Positions 49,408 through 58,509 of a stretch of DNA of 64,000 nucleotides are shown here, in pieces. The stretch spans positions 192,001 to 256,000 of the forward strand of contig CAWEEQ010000004.1 of assembly GCA_963808235.1 (NCBI GenBank). The letters are read 5' to 3'. The notes under the pieces were generated by a model, which was not told where the DNA came from, did no database searches, and saw only the letters and a list, made by a program, of their open reading frames with translations. Both the position numbers and the translations under genes were made by a program. Position 1 is the first letter of the stretch, and the number at the start of each line of letters is the position of its first letter. This stretch comes from an uncultured delta proteobacterium (GTDB lineage Bacteria; Desulfobacterota; Binatia; Binatales; Binataceae).

Positions 49408-50136
49408 ATGGCAAGGACTGTGGCGGACGAAAAGAAAAACTTACGCGCTGTCTTAAGCGAGTGCCGCGAAGCGCTCGTACATGAATGCGCAGACGCGTGG
49501 TCGCAAATCGTTCAGCGCCGATTGATCGAGAGCGAATTCTACCGCGCCGCCTCCGCGATTGTTCTGTACGCCGCCAAGGGCCATGAAGTTTCCACCGACA
49601 TCATTCTCGCTGATTCGCTAAGCGCCGGCCGCGCGGTTTTCTATCCGCGAATCGAAACGGAAACGGGCACGATCGTTGCCCGGCGGGTTCGCGATCGCGC
49701 CGAGCTTCGCCCCGGCGCCTATGGAATTCTCGAGCCGCCGGAGTTGGCCGACGCGCTCGAGGCAGCATCGTTCAAACAAATCGTCGTATGTGTTCCCGGC
49801 GTGGCTTTCGGTCTCGAAGGCCAGCGCCTTGGTCGTGGCGGGGGCTACTATGATCGTTTCATCGCCCGAATCGGCGATGACGCGATCAGCGTGGGACTCG
49901 CCTATTCGTTCCAGCTGCTCGATCGAATTCCGGAAGCGGGGCACGATCGGCGGCTCAAATTCATTCTGACCGAATCCGCACTCCATCGCGCCTGCGATGC
50001 GCCACAGCTGGGCGATGAGAGGCGGACTAAGGAGGTACACCCGGGTGGCATTAATTACCGCAATCCTGGGATTCATAGTTGGTGGCGCGGTCTTATACTT
50101 TTGGGGGATAACGAACCAGCGCAAGGACGCCGTTAA
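49408..50136 (+). CDS. ygfA: 5-formyltetrahydrofolate cyclo-ligase
   Basis: YGILEP, VPGVAF..RLGRGGGYYDRF, HDR; start may be GTG 49420; C-tail overlaps rny. Confidence 0.92.
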   Translation: MARTVADEKKNLRAVLSECREALVHECADAWSQIVQRRLIESEFYRAASAIVLYAAKGHEVSTDIILADSLSAGRAVFYPRIETETGTIVARRVRDRAELRPGAYGILEPPELADALEAASFKQIVVCVPGVAFGLEGQRLGRGGGYYDRFIARIGDDAISVGLAYSFQLLDRIPEAGHDRRLKFILTESALHRACDAPQLGDERRTKEVHPGGINYRNPGIHSWWRGLILLGDNEPAQGRR

Positions 50137-51604
50137 CCTGGAGGCCGCGCATGCTGAGGCCGAAGAAACAACCAAGGAGGCTCGAACTCGAAGCGAACTA
50201 TTAGTCAAGGAGGCCGAACTAAAGGCCAAGGACCTGGTCGTCGGCGCGCGCGCCGATGCCGAACGCGAAATGCGCGATCGCAGGCGCGAAATAACTGCGA
50301 TCGAACAAAAACTCGAAGCGCGCGAGGAGACTTTCGAAAAACGGCAAGAGGCATTCGAACGGCGCGAGGCCGACCTCAACCGCCGCGATCAGAGTCTGCG
50401 CTCGCGTGAGAAAAATCTCGGCGAAAAAGAAGAACAGCATCAGGCGCTGATCGACGAGGCTCGCACCAAGCTCGAAGCGGTCGCCGGGCTGACTCGCGAA
50501 GAGGCCAAGCGCTCGCTGATGGACGAGATGATCGGACAGGCGCGCACCGACGCCGCCAAGCATATCCGGATCGTCGAAGAAGAGGCGCGCGAGGAGGCCG
50601 ATCGCCGCGCGAAGAGGGTCGTCGCGATCGCAATCGAGCGCTTGGCGGGCGAGTTCGTCGCCGAGCGCACCGTCTCGGTCCTCGCGTTGCCCAACGATGA
50701 GATGAAGGGGCGGATTATCGGCCGCGAGGGCCGCAACATCCGCGCGATCGAAGCTGCCACCGGCGTCGATATCATTATCGACGACACTCCCGAGGCCGTG
50801 GTTATTTCATGCCACAATCCGATTCGTCGCGAGATCGCACGAGTTGCCCTCGAACAGCTGATCTCGGACGGCCGGATTCATCCCGGACGTATCGAGGAAG
50901 TCGTGCGCAAAGCCGAGCAGCAGGTCGAGGAATCGATTCGCGAGGCCGGACAGCGCGCGATCATCGAGGTCGGTGTGCATGGAATCCATCCTGAGCTGGT
51001 CAAGCTGCTCGGGATGCTCAAGTACCGTTACAGCTACGCGCAGAACGTGCTGATGCATTCGATCGAAGCGGCGTTCATCTGCGGTGCGATGGCGGCCGAG
51101 CTTGGGCTGAACGAGAAGCAGGCGCGCCGTGCGGCCCTGCTGCACGATATCGGCAAGGCGCTGACCCATGAAGTCGAGGGATCTCACGCGCTCATCGGCG
51201 GCGAGATCGCGCGCAAGTACGGCGAGTCGGCGAAGATTGTGAACGCGATCGCGGCGCATCATGAGGAAGTCAAAGCCGAGACGATTCTCGCGCCGCTGGT
51301 CGATGCCGCCGACGCGCTCTCGGGCGCGCGGCCGGGCGCCCGGCGCGAAGTGCTGGAGAGCTACGTCAAGCGGCTCGAGGATCTCGAGACGATCGCGAAG
51401 TCGTTCAAGGGCGTCGAGAAATGCTTCGCGGTGCAGGCCGGACGCGAGATGCGCGTGATCGTCGAGCCGAACCAGGTGTCGGACGAAGACACCTCGATGC
51501 TGGCGCGGGAAGTAGCGCGCAAAATCGAGGCGGACATGACGTATCCGGGGCAGATCCGGGTCACCGTCATCAGAGAGACGCGCGCGACCGAACTCGCGAA
51601 ATAA
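50045..51604 (+). CDS. rny: Ribonuclease Y
   Basis: SD AAGGAGGT before GTG 50045; N-terminal TM, coiled coil, KH (MKGRIIGREGRNIR), HD (LLHDIGK). Confidence 0.97.
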   Translation: MALITAILGFIVGGAVLYFWGITNQRKDAVNLEAAHAEAEETTKEARTRSELLVKEAELKAKDLVVGARADAEREMRDRRREITAIEQKLEAREETFEKRQEAFERREADLNRRDQSLRSREKNLGEKEEQHQALIDEARTKLEAVAGLTREEAKRSLMDEMIGQARTDAAKHIRIVEEEAREEADRRAKRVVAIAIERLAGEFVAERTVSVLALPNDEMKGRIIGREGRNIRAIEAATGVDIIIDDTPEAVVISCHNPIRREIARVALEQLISDGRIHPGRIEEVVRKAEQQVEESIREAGQRAIIEVGVHGIHPELVKLLGMLKYRYSYAQNVLMHSIEAAFICGAMAAELGLNEKQARRAALLHDIGKALTHEVEGSHALIGGEIARKYGESAKIVNAIAAHHEEVKAETILAPLVDAADALSGARPGARREVLESYVKRLEDLETIAKSFKGVEKCFAVQAGREMRVIVEPNQVSDEDTSMLAREVARKIEADMTYPGQIRVTVIRETRATELAK

Positions 51605-51622
51605 CTGTTGCGCAATTCGAAG

Positions 51623-51662
51623 CGAAGGCCCGATCGCAAAAGCGATCGGGCCTTCGTGCTTT
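51623..51662 (+). terminator. Rho-independent terminator after rny
   Basis: CGAAGGCCCGATCGC-AAAA-GCGATCGGGCCTTCG followed by TGCTTT. Confidence 0.8.
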
Positions 51663-51696
51663 AACGTGACGCTTCGGTTACTTTTCTTGTGTCGCG

Positions 51697-52251
51697 ATGT
51701 TTGAAGCCGAACGGATCGCCGGGACTGATTATGAACCAAGTCGGCTGCGCGAGTATCTCCGGCCGCCATTTCGTAGATTCGAACTCCTGACGCCGATGAG
51801 CCCGGCGCATGCTGCGCGGGTTCTTCAGGAGATCGTCGAGCCGCCGAGGAAGTGGGGGTGGCCGACTTCCACCAGGCGCGGATATTTTGAGGGCAGGGTG
51901 GCCGGCAGCCGCTTCAAAATAAATCGAGTCATGAAGCGTCCGAGCTCGTTCATGCCGATAATCGAAGGGAACTTCCGGCGCGACGGGTTGGGAACCGTCG
52001 TGACTCTGAACATGCGGATGGTGTGGCCGGTAGTGCCTGTCTGGTTCGGCATAATTGTTTTTCTGTTCTGGAATTCCGTGACTGCCGACTCGCTCGTGGC
52101 GCAGTCGTTTGGCGCGCGATTGTTGCTGCTCGGAATGACGCTGTTCATATATCTGGTGGCGACGGTGTCTTTCGCTGCCGAAGTGCGAGTCGCGATGAAG
52201 CGCTTGATGGAGCTTCTGCCCTCCGGCAGCTTTACCGCCGATCGAGGCTGA
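51697..52251 (+). CDS. Hypothetical membrane protein
   Basis: Soluble N-domain plus two C-terminal TM helices. Confidence 0.7.
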   Translation: MFEAERIAGTDYEPSRLREYLRPPFRRFELLTPMSPAHAARVLQEIVEPPRKWGWPTSTRRGYFEGRVAGSRFKINRVMKRPSSFMPIIEGNFRRDGLGTVVTLNMRMVWPVVPVWFGIIVFLFWNSVTADSLVAQSFGARLLLLGMTLFIYLVATVSFAAEVRVAMKRLMELLPSGSFTADRG

Positions 52252-52268
52252 AGGTATGATCGCTCGCG

Positions 52269-52808
52269 ATGCCGACGACGCGGGAAGTTCTCGAGGCTAC
52301 GATCGCTCTGGAAAAACAGAGCATGGCGCTGTATGCGCGCTTCGCGAAGTTGTTCGCGAGCGATACCGCGTTGCAGGATTTCTGGTTCGGGATGGCGCGT
52401 GACGAGGCCCGTCACGTCGGCGCGCTCGATCTGGTGACCACGGTGCTCGACCAGGAAGGGATGCTCGACAAGCCCAGCCCCATCTCGCTCGAAGACGCGA
52501 CGATCATTCGGTTGCGCACGTTGCTGGAAAAATCGCAGCGGGATGCGGTCCCAGGGATCGCGCTCGAACGCGCACTCCAGATCGCGCTCGAAGTCGAGGA
52601 GACCGAGCTCGAAGATCTGGTGTCCGACTTGCTCAAGGCGTTGCAGGCGCCCGACGAATATGAGCGATGCCTGCGCCTGCTGATCCACGACCTCGGTGAA
52701 CTCAGCTACATGATCGAACGTCATTCGCAGGATCCGGCGCTGCTCTCGCGATGCGACGCGCTGGTGAATCGGCACGCCGAAACGCTGCGCCATACCTCGG
52801 TTAGATAG
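52269..52808 (+). CDS. Ferritin-like/rubrerythrin-type protein
   Basis: LE...Y...MARDEARH (ExxH) helical-bundle pattern. Confidence 0.7.
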   Translation: MPTTREVLEATIALEKQSMALYARFAKLFASDTALQDFWFGMARDEARHVGALDLVTTVLDQEGMLDKPSPISLEDATIIRLRTLLEKSQRDAVPGIALERALQIALEVEETELEDLVSDLLKALQAPDEYERCLRLLIHDLGELSYMIERHSQDPALLSRCDALVNRHAETLRHTSVR

Positions 52809-52856
52809 AGCGAGGTGGCGCGGGCGATGGGCGTTGGTTATATTTGAGCGCTGCGC

Positions 52857-52932
52857 TGAGGAGTGGCCAAATTGGTAAGGCACCTGACTCTGGATCAGGC
52901 GATTGCAGGTTCGAGTCCTGCCTCCTCAGCCA
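52857..52932 (+). tRNA. tRNA-Gln(CTG)
   Basis: Cloverleaf TGAGGAG/CTCCTCA, anticodon loop CTCTGGA, encoded CCA. Confidence 0.96.
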
Positions 52933-52968
52933 CCGATTCTCCCCCGCTGGGAAGCGGGGCGCGACGAC

Positions 52969-53043
52969 GGTCCCATCGTCTAGTGGTTAGGACACCGGCC
53001 TCTCACGTCGGGAACGCGGGTTCGACTCCCGCTGGGATCACCA
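52969..53043 (+). tRNA. tRNA-Glu(CTC)
   Basis: Cloverleaf GGTCCCA/TGGGATC, anticodon loop CTCTCAC, encoded CCA. Confidence 0.96.
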
Positions 53044-53049
53044 ATCAAG

Positions 53050-53655
53050 CTACTTCGACTCGATGATCAGTTCCTCGACGTCGCGCAGGCGATCTTTGCC
53101 GAAGAAGATCTCGTCGCCGACGTAGAAAGTTGGTGAGCCGAAGGTGCCGCGCTCGACTGAGCGCTGCGTGTTCGCGATCAGTTTATCTTTGACCGGTTGC
53201 GATTCGATCAGTTCCAGGATTTTCGCTTTCGGGAGTCCGGCTTCGTCGAGCGCCGCGCGGAACACGTCGGGGTCATCCATCTTTTTTGGGTCGGCCCACA
53301 TGTTCCGGTACATTTCGTCGACGTAACGCTCGAACACGCCGAGTGACTGCGCAGCGATCGCCCCGCGCATCATCATGAGAGTGTTCACCGGAAAAAATGG
53401 ATTGCTTTTGTAGCGGGTGATCTTATGCCGGCGTACGAAGCGGGCCGTTTCGAGCCGTTCGTACTCGGGCTTGTTTTTGATGCCCGCAAGGCTCTGCGCC
53501 GGCGAGCGATTGTTGGTCGCCTTGAAAACGCCGCCCAGCAGCACCGGCACGTATTCGAACTTCACGCCGGTGCGTTTTTCAATTTCAGGAATGACGAGGT
53601 GGCTCAGATACGCATTGGGACTGCCGAAGTCGAAGTGAAATTCTACTTTGATCAT
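53050..53655 (-). CDS. 2-hydroxychromene-2-carboxylate isomerase/GST-kappa (DsbA-like)
   Basis: FDFGSPNAYL, PVLLGGVFK, GTFGSPTF..FFGKDRL. Confidence 0.9.
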   Translation of the reverse strand: MIKVEFHFDFGSPNAYLSHLVIPEIEKRTGVKFEYVPVLLGGVFKATNNRSPAQSLAGIKNKPEYERLETARFVRRHKITRYKSNPFFPVNTLMMMRGAIAAQSLGVFERYVDEMYRNMWADPKKMDDPDVFRAALDEAGLPKAKILELIESQPVKDKLIANTQRSVERGTFGSPTFYVGDEIFFGKDRLRDVEELIIESK

Positions 53656-53659
53656 TGCG

Positions 53660-54403
53660 TCACCATTTCTCGCCGAAGGGACGAATCTCCTGCTCGAACG
53701 TCCACGCATCGCGCGGCTGCTGGTATAGTTGCCAGTACGACTCGGCGACCGCCGCCGGCCTCATGAGGCGTGCGACATCGAGGTTCTTCATCGCCTGGTC
53801 GCCTTCGCGTTCGCGGATTCGATCGCGCACCCATGCAGTATCCACGCCCGCATCGATCACCAGATGAGCGACGTGGATATTTTTCGGTCCCAGTTCCCTC
53901 GCGGCGCTTTGCGCGACCGCACGGAGTCCGAATTTCGCGGCCGCAAACGCCGCGTATCCGACTCCGCCGCGCAGACTGGCCGTGGCGCCGGTAAAGAAAA
54001 TAGATCCGCGGCCGCGCGGAAGCATCAGGCGCGCGGCCTCCCGCCCCGCGATGAATCCGGAGTAACAGGCCATCTCCCAGACTTTGCGGAACACGCGATC
54101 GGTCGTCTCGAGCAGTGGGAAATTGACGTTTGCGCCGACGTTGAAGACGCAGACCTCGAGCGGCGCCTGCTGGTCGGCCTCTCGCAGAAAAGCGGTGAGG
54201 TCGTCTTCCTTACGTGCGTCGAGCGCGCGCGCAAAGATTCGGCCGCCACTTGCCTCGACCTCCGCGACCAACGGCGCGAGCTTGTCGCCCTGGCGTCGTC
54301 CGGCGAAAACGGTAAAACCCTCGGCCGCAAATTTTTTTGCGATCGCCGCGCCGATGTAGTCACCAGCTCCGATCACTGCCGCGGTGGCATTTCTGTCTTG
54401 CAA
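53660..54403 (-). CDS. Atypical SDR (FxxxK)
   Basis: GAGDYIG, TGATASLRG, FAAAKF, HVAHLVID, RPFGEKW. Confidence 0.9.
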   Translation of the reverse strand: MQDRNATAAVIGAGDYIGAAIAKKFAAEGFTVFAGRRQGDKLAPLVAEVEASGGRIFARALDARKEDDLTAFLREADQQAPLEVCVFNVGANVNFPLLETTDRVFRKVWEMACYSGFIAGREAARLMLPRGRGSIFFTGATASLRGGVGYAAFAAAKFGLRAVAQSAARELGPKNIHVAHLVIDAGVDTAWVRDRIREREGDQAMKNLDVARLMRPAAVAESYWQLYQQPRDAWTFEQEIRPFGEKW

Positions 54404-54415
54404 GGGTGATTCTCC

Positions 54416-55021
54416 TTAGGCGCGAACTTTGACGCGGCGGCTTCTTCTTGAAGCAGAAGTAACCCGCCGGGCGGTGGTTTTCAGAATTTGATTAGAGAGG
54501 GTCTGGTCGCTGACTGCGCGGGCGAGAATCATTGCGCCGACCATCGAAACGAATGCCGAGATCGCGTCCTCTTTGCTGCACGAAGGATCGTCTTCACGCA
54601 TCAGCTCAGTCAGGAATTCGAGCGAGTTCTTTAACTCCCGGGTGAACGAATCGCGAACGGGTCGCGGCTGTCGGGCGATTTCGCTGCCGAGCGCTGCAAC
54701 GACGCATCCCTGGCCGGCTGAATCGCGATGCGCGATCGAAAGGTATTGAGCGACGATGTTGGGAAACACTTTCTTTCGCCGGTTGCGCGCCGCGAGTGTT
54801 TGCCAAAGGTGTTTTGATTTCGCGAGTGCGAGACCGACCGCCTCGGCCGCGATGATCTGCTTCGATCCGAACTGGCTATATACGGCGCCGTGAGTAAGGC
54901 CCGCCTCTTCGGTAATCGAGTCGACGCCGGTCGCGCCGATTCCGTGTTCGCGGAACAAGCGAGCGGCTGCTTTCAGGATCTGATGGCGGTTCTCCGCCGC
55001 TTTTTCTTTCGATACGCGCAT
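54416..55021 (-). CDS. TetR/AcrR family regulator
   Basis: ILKAAARLFREHG..AGLTHGAVYSQFGSK; GC motif in the C-domain. Confidence 0.93.
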   Translation of the reverse strand: MRVSKEKAAENRHQILKAAARLFREHGIGATGVDSITEEAGLTHGAVYSQFGSKQIIAAEAVGLALAKSKHLWQTLAARNRRKKVFPNIVAQYLSIAHRDSAGQGCVVAALGSEIARQPRPVRDSFTRELKNSLEFLTELMREDDPSCSKEDAISAFVSMVGAMILARAVSDQTLSNQILKTTARRVTSASRRSRRVKVRA

Positions 55022-55045
55022 TCAGCGCTCCGTTTCTTTCCAGAC

Positions 55046-55098
55046 TTGACACATTTGATTACGAGCGCCATTAATATGCCAAACATGACGGGCGCTAT
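55046..55098. promoter_or_regulatory. Divergent promoter with two candidate TetR operators
   Basis: TTGACA at 55046; related boxes ATTACGAGCGCCAT (55058-55071) and ATGACGGGCGCTAT (55085-55098). Confidence 0.55.
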
Positions 55099-55156
55099 CA
55101 ATAGGCGGAACTTTGATGTTTCCTGATTGATCGCAGCGCCGGACAGGTGAAACGCG

Positions 55157-55879
55157 ATGGCGTCTAAAGAAGAAAAAAAAGTAGCGGTCGTGGTGGGCGT
55201 CGGCGCCGGTCTCGGCGCGGCGCTGGCGGTGCGCTTCGCCGCGGGCTACAAGGTCGCGCTCATCGCGAGGAGCGCCGAGGTTAGCGGCAAGGTTGCCGAC
55301 GAGATCAAATCCTCCGGCGGCGTTGCGCTTCCAATCCAAAGCGACGCTACGATTGAAGCGGAGATCGCCGGCGCGCATCAACGAATCAATCGCGAACTCG
55401 GTCCGATCGAAGTTTTGATCTACAACGGCGGCCGGCGTCCGATGGGACGCCTGATGGAAACGACTCCCCAGGTGTTCGAGGAGACCTGGCGATTGCATAC
55501 GCTGGGCGCGTTTCTGTGGGCGCGGCAGGTCGTGCCGGAGATGCTCTCACGCGCCAGTGGCACGATTCTGATCACAGGTGCGATCGCGGGTACCCGGCCG
55601 TGGCCAAACTCCGCGGCGTTCGCTCCGGCCAAGTTCGCGGTGCGAGGACTCAGTGAAGTGATGGCGCGCGATCTTCATCCGCAGGGGATCCACGTCGCGT
55701 ACGTCAATGTCGACGGCGGCATCGATATGCCTCTGCTCAGAAAATTCCTGCCCAACGCAAAAGACGAAGATCTGCTCAAGCCGTCCGCAATCGCCGACGC
55801 GTTCTGGTACCTCGCGCATCAGGACAGGAGCGTGTGGAGCAATCATCTCGATGTAAGGCCGTTCAAGGAAAAATTCTAG
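55157..55879 (+). CDS. Atypical SDR (FxxxK)
   Basis: GVGAGLG, FAPAKF, HVAYVNVDG, RPFKEKF. Confidence 0.9.
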   Translation: MASKEEKKVAVVVGVGAGLGAALAVRFAAGYKVALIARSAEVSGKVADEIKSSGGVALPIQSDATIEAEIAGAHQRINRELGPIEVLIYNGGRRPMGRLMETTPQVFEETWRLHTLGAFLWARQVVPEMLSRASGTILITGAIAGTRPWPNSAAFAPAKFAVRGLSEVMARDLHPQGIHVAYVNVDGGIDMPLLRKFLPNAKDEDLLKPSAIADAFWYLAHQDRSVWSNHLDVRPFKEKF

Positions 55880-55901
55880 CCCGCGCGCGACGAGTATATT
55901 C

Positions 55902-56547
55902 ATGACGCATGATTTGACGCTCTGGGGTGTCGGGACCAGCCGCACGCTGCGCCCTCATTGGATGCTGCTCGAACTCGGCCTCGAGTATGAATTTCATCCG
56001 ATTGGATCGCGCACCGGCGAGACCCTTACCGAAGAGTTCATGCGGCTCAATCCGCGGCATAAGATTCCGGTCCTGCGCCATGGATCTTTCGTGTTGACCG
56101 AGAGCGCGGCGATTATTCAGTACCTTGGTGAAAGTTTTTCCAATCCAAATTCGATCGAGGCGCCTCGGGACGCCGAGAGCCGCGCGGCATTGAATGAGTG
56201 GTGCTATTTTATCGCGACTGAGCTCGACGCGGCTTCGCTCTACGTGATGCGACGCCATATTGGCCTCGAGCACATCTACGGCGCGGCGCCAAAGGCCGTC
56301 GAGTCCGCGCGGAGCTACTTTATAGAGAACGTTGAAGCGATGGCTCCGCGGGTCGCGAGATCGGGCCGGTATCTTATGGGTGATCGGTTCAGCATCGCCG
56401 ATATTCTTATGATGACTTGTCTTGGAGTGGGCGATCTTTGAACGAATCCCGCTGTCTGAGCCGTTGCACGAATATCGTTCGCGTGTGGCGCTGCGGCCTG
56501 CGTATCAGAAAGCGCTCGAACGAAATTTTCCGGCTCGGCAACCTTGA
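55902..56547 (+). pseudogene. Glutathione S-transferase, frameshifted near 56422
   Basis: LNPRHKIPVL, LTESAAI, FSIADI; the shifted frame continues EWAIFERIPLSEPLHEYRSRVALRPAYQKA, a typical GST C-terminus. Confidence 0.88.
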
Positions 56548-56577
56548 CCCGAGCGGCTTAACTTAAGGAGTAAGGAA

Positions 56578-57777
56578 ATGCCGGGAGCGCTTGCTGGAGT
56601 GCGCGTACTCGATCTGACGACGATGGTCGCCGGGCCGGTCGCAACAATGATGCTTGCCGATCAGGGTGCCGAGGTAATCAAGGTCGAATCTCCGCGTGGC
56701 GATCTGATGCGTCACTTCAGCTACGGCCGCACCGGGATGGGCGCATCATTCCTGTGCTGCAACCGCAACAAGCGCTCGATTGCCGTCGATCTCAAGACTG
56801 CCGATGGCCTCGAGATCGTTAAGAAGCTGATCGCTACCGCGGCGGTTTTCGCGCACAACTTCCGGCCCGGGACTGCCGAGCGCATCGGCCTCGGCGAAGA
56901 GACGGTGCGAAGTATTCGCCACGACATCATCTACGTTTCGATATGTGGGTACGGAGAGACGGGCCCGTACGCCAATCAGCGCGCCTACGATCCGGTGATT
57001 CAGGCGATGTCGGGGCTCGCGGATATTCAGCGTGAGCGAGATACCGGGCGTCCACGGATGGTGCGAACGATCATCGCCGATTACACCACCGCGCTGACTG
57101 CGGCCCAGGCGATGACCGCGGCGCTTTTCGCGCGCGAGCGTTCCGGCGAAGGACAGCACGTGCGAATCGCGATGCTCGACGCGATGATCTCCTATCTCTG
57201 GCCCGAAGCGATGCCGAGCATGACCTTCGTCGGCAACGAAACCGATCCCTCCGACGGCGAGGTCGGCCCCGACCTGGTATTCGCGACTCAGGATCGATAC
57301 ATCACGGCGGGCGCGCTGTCGGACGACGAATGGGCGGGGATGTGCCGGGCGCTCAATCGGCAGGATCTCATCGACGATCCGCGCTTCAAGACTACCCGCG
57401 ATCGAGCCGTGAACGCTGTCCTGCGCCGGGAGATCACGAGTGCCGAGCTCGAGAAATGGCGCGCGAACGAAATCCTGCCGCGCCTGCTCGAAAACGATGT
57501 ACCGTCCGCCCCGGTCTTGAGCCGTTTTGAACTGTTGCAGGACGAGCAGGTCCGCGCGAATCACATCCTCGAAGAGTTTGAGAGCGCGACGCTCGGAAAA
57601 GTGCGGATGCCACGCCCGGCGGCTCAATTCGATCGCACCCCGGCCGAAGTCCGTGCGATGGCGCCTCAGCTCGGCGCGGATAACGGCGCCATATTGAGCG
57701 AGTTGGGATATGGCGCCGGCGATATTGCGCGCCTCGAAAACGCTCGCGTCGTGCGGAGTCAACCCACCAAAGTCTGA
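56578..57777 (+). CDS. CaiB/BaiF family III CoA-transferase
   Basis: VLDLT..AGP..LADQGAEVIKVE, NRNKRS, NFRPG, AYDPVIQAMSG. Confidence 0.93.
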   Translation: MPGALAGVRVLDLTTMVAGPVATMMLADQGAEVIKVESPRGDLMRHFSYGRTGMGASFLCCNRNKRSIAVDLKTADGLEIVKKLIATAAVFAHNFRPGTAERIGLGEETVRSIRHDIIYVSICGYGETGPYANQRAYDPVIQAMSGLADIQRERDTGRPRMVRTIIADYTTALTAAQAMTAALFARERSGEGQHVRIAMLDAMISYLWPEAMPSMTFVGNETDPSDGEVGPDLVFATQDRYITAGALSDDEWAGMCRALNRQDLIDDPRFKTTRDRAVNAVLRREITSAELEKWRANEILPRLLENDVPSAPVLSRFELLQDEQVRANHILEEFESATLGKVRMPRPAAQFDRTPAEVRAMAPQLGADNGAILSELGYGAGDIARLENARVVRSQPTKV

Positions 57778-57792
57778 GCAAGGGACCTGACG

Positions 57793-58500
57793 ATGGAAAA
57801 AAAGAATCCCGTTGCACTTGTGACTGGCGTCGGTCCCGGAACCGGCGCTGCGATCGCGCGGCGTTTCTCGCGCGGAGGGTACGCGGTTGCGATGCTCGCG
57901 CGAAATCGCGAGCGCCTCGCCGCGCTCCAGCGGGAGATCCCGAACTCGCACGCATATCCCTGCGATGTCACCGACGAAGCGCAACTCGACGCCACCCTTG
58001 AGGCGATTCGCGCCGAACTCAGCGCACCCAAGGTGCTGATCCACAACGCGGTCGGCGGCGCGTTCGGAAACTTCCTGGAAATCGATCCTAAAGTCCTCAA
58101 TCAAAACTTCCAGGTGAATACGATGGCGTTGCTGTACCTCGCGCGGCGACTCGCGCCGGCGATGGTCGCGGCAGGCGAGGGCGCGATCATTGCCAGCGGC
58201 AACACCTCGGCGCTTCGCGGCAAGGCGAGCTTTGCCGGCTTCGCGCCGACCAAGGCCGCGCAGAGGATTCTCGCCGAGTCGATCGCGCGCGAGCTTGGAC
58301 CCAAGGGCGTGCATGTCGCTTACGTGCTGATCGACGCGGTCATCGATCTCGAGTGGACGCGAAAGCGATTCGCCGATGCTCCGAACGAATTCTTCATCAC
58401 GCCCGCCGCGATCGCCGACGAAATCTGGCACGTCGCGCATCAGGATCGATGCGCGTGGTCGTTCAACGTCGAGGTCAGGCCGTTTCGCGAGACCTGGTGA
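57793..58500 (+). CDS. Atypical SDR (FxxxK)
   Basis: TGVGPGTG, GNTSALRG, FAPTKAA, RPFRETW. Confidence 0.9.
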   Translation: MEKKNPVALVTGVGPGTGAAIARRFSRGGYAVAMLARNRERLAALQREIPNSHAYPCDVTDEAQLDATLEAIRAELSAPKVLIHNAVGGAFGNFLEIDPKVLNQNFQVNTMALLYLARRLAPAMVAAGEGAIIASGNTSALRGKASFAGFAPTKAAQRILAESIARELGPKGVHVAYVLIDAVIDLEWTRKRFADAPNEFFITPAAIADEIWHVAHQDRCAWSFNVEVRPFRETW

Positions 58501-58509
58501 AGGTGAGTC

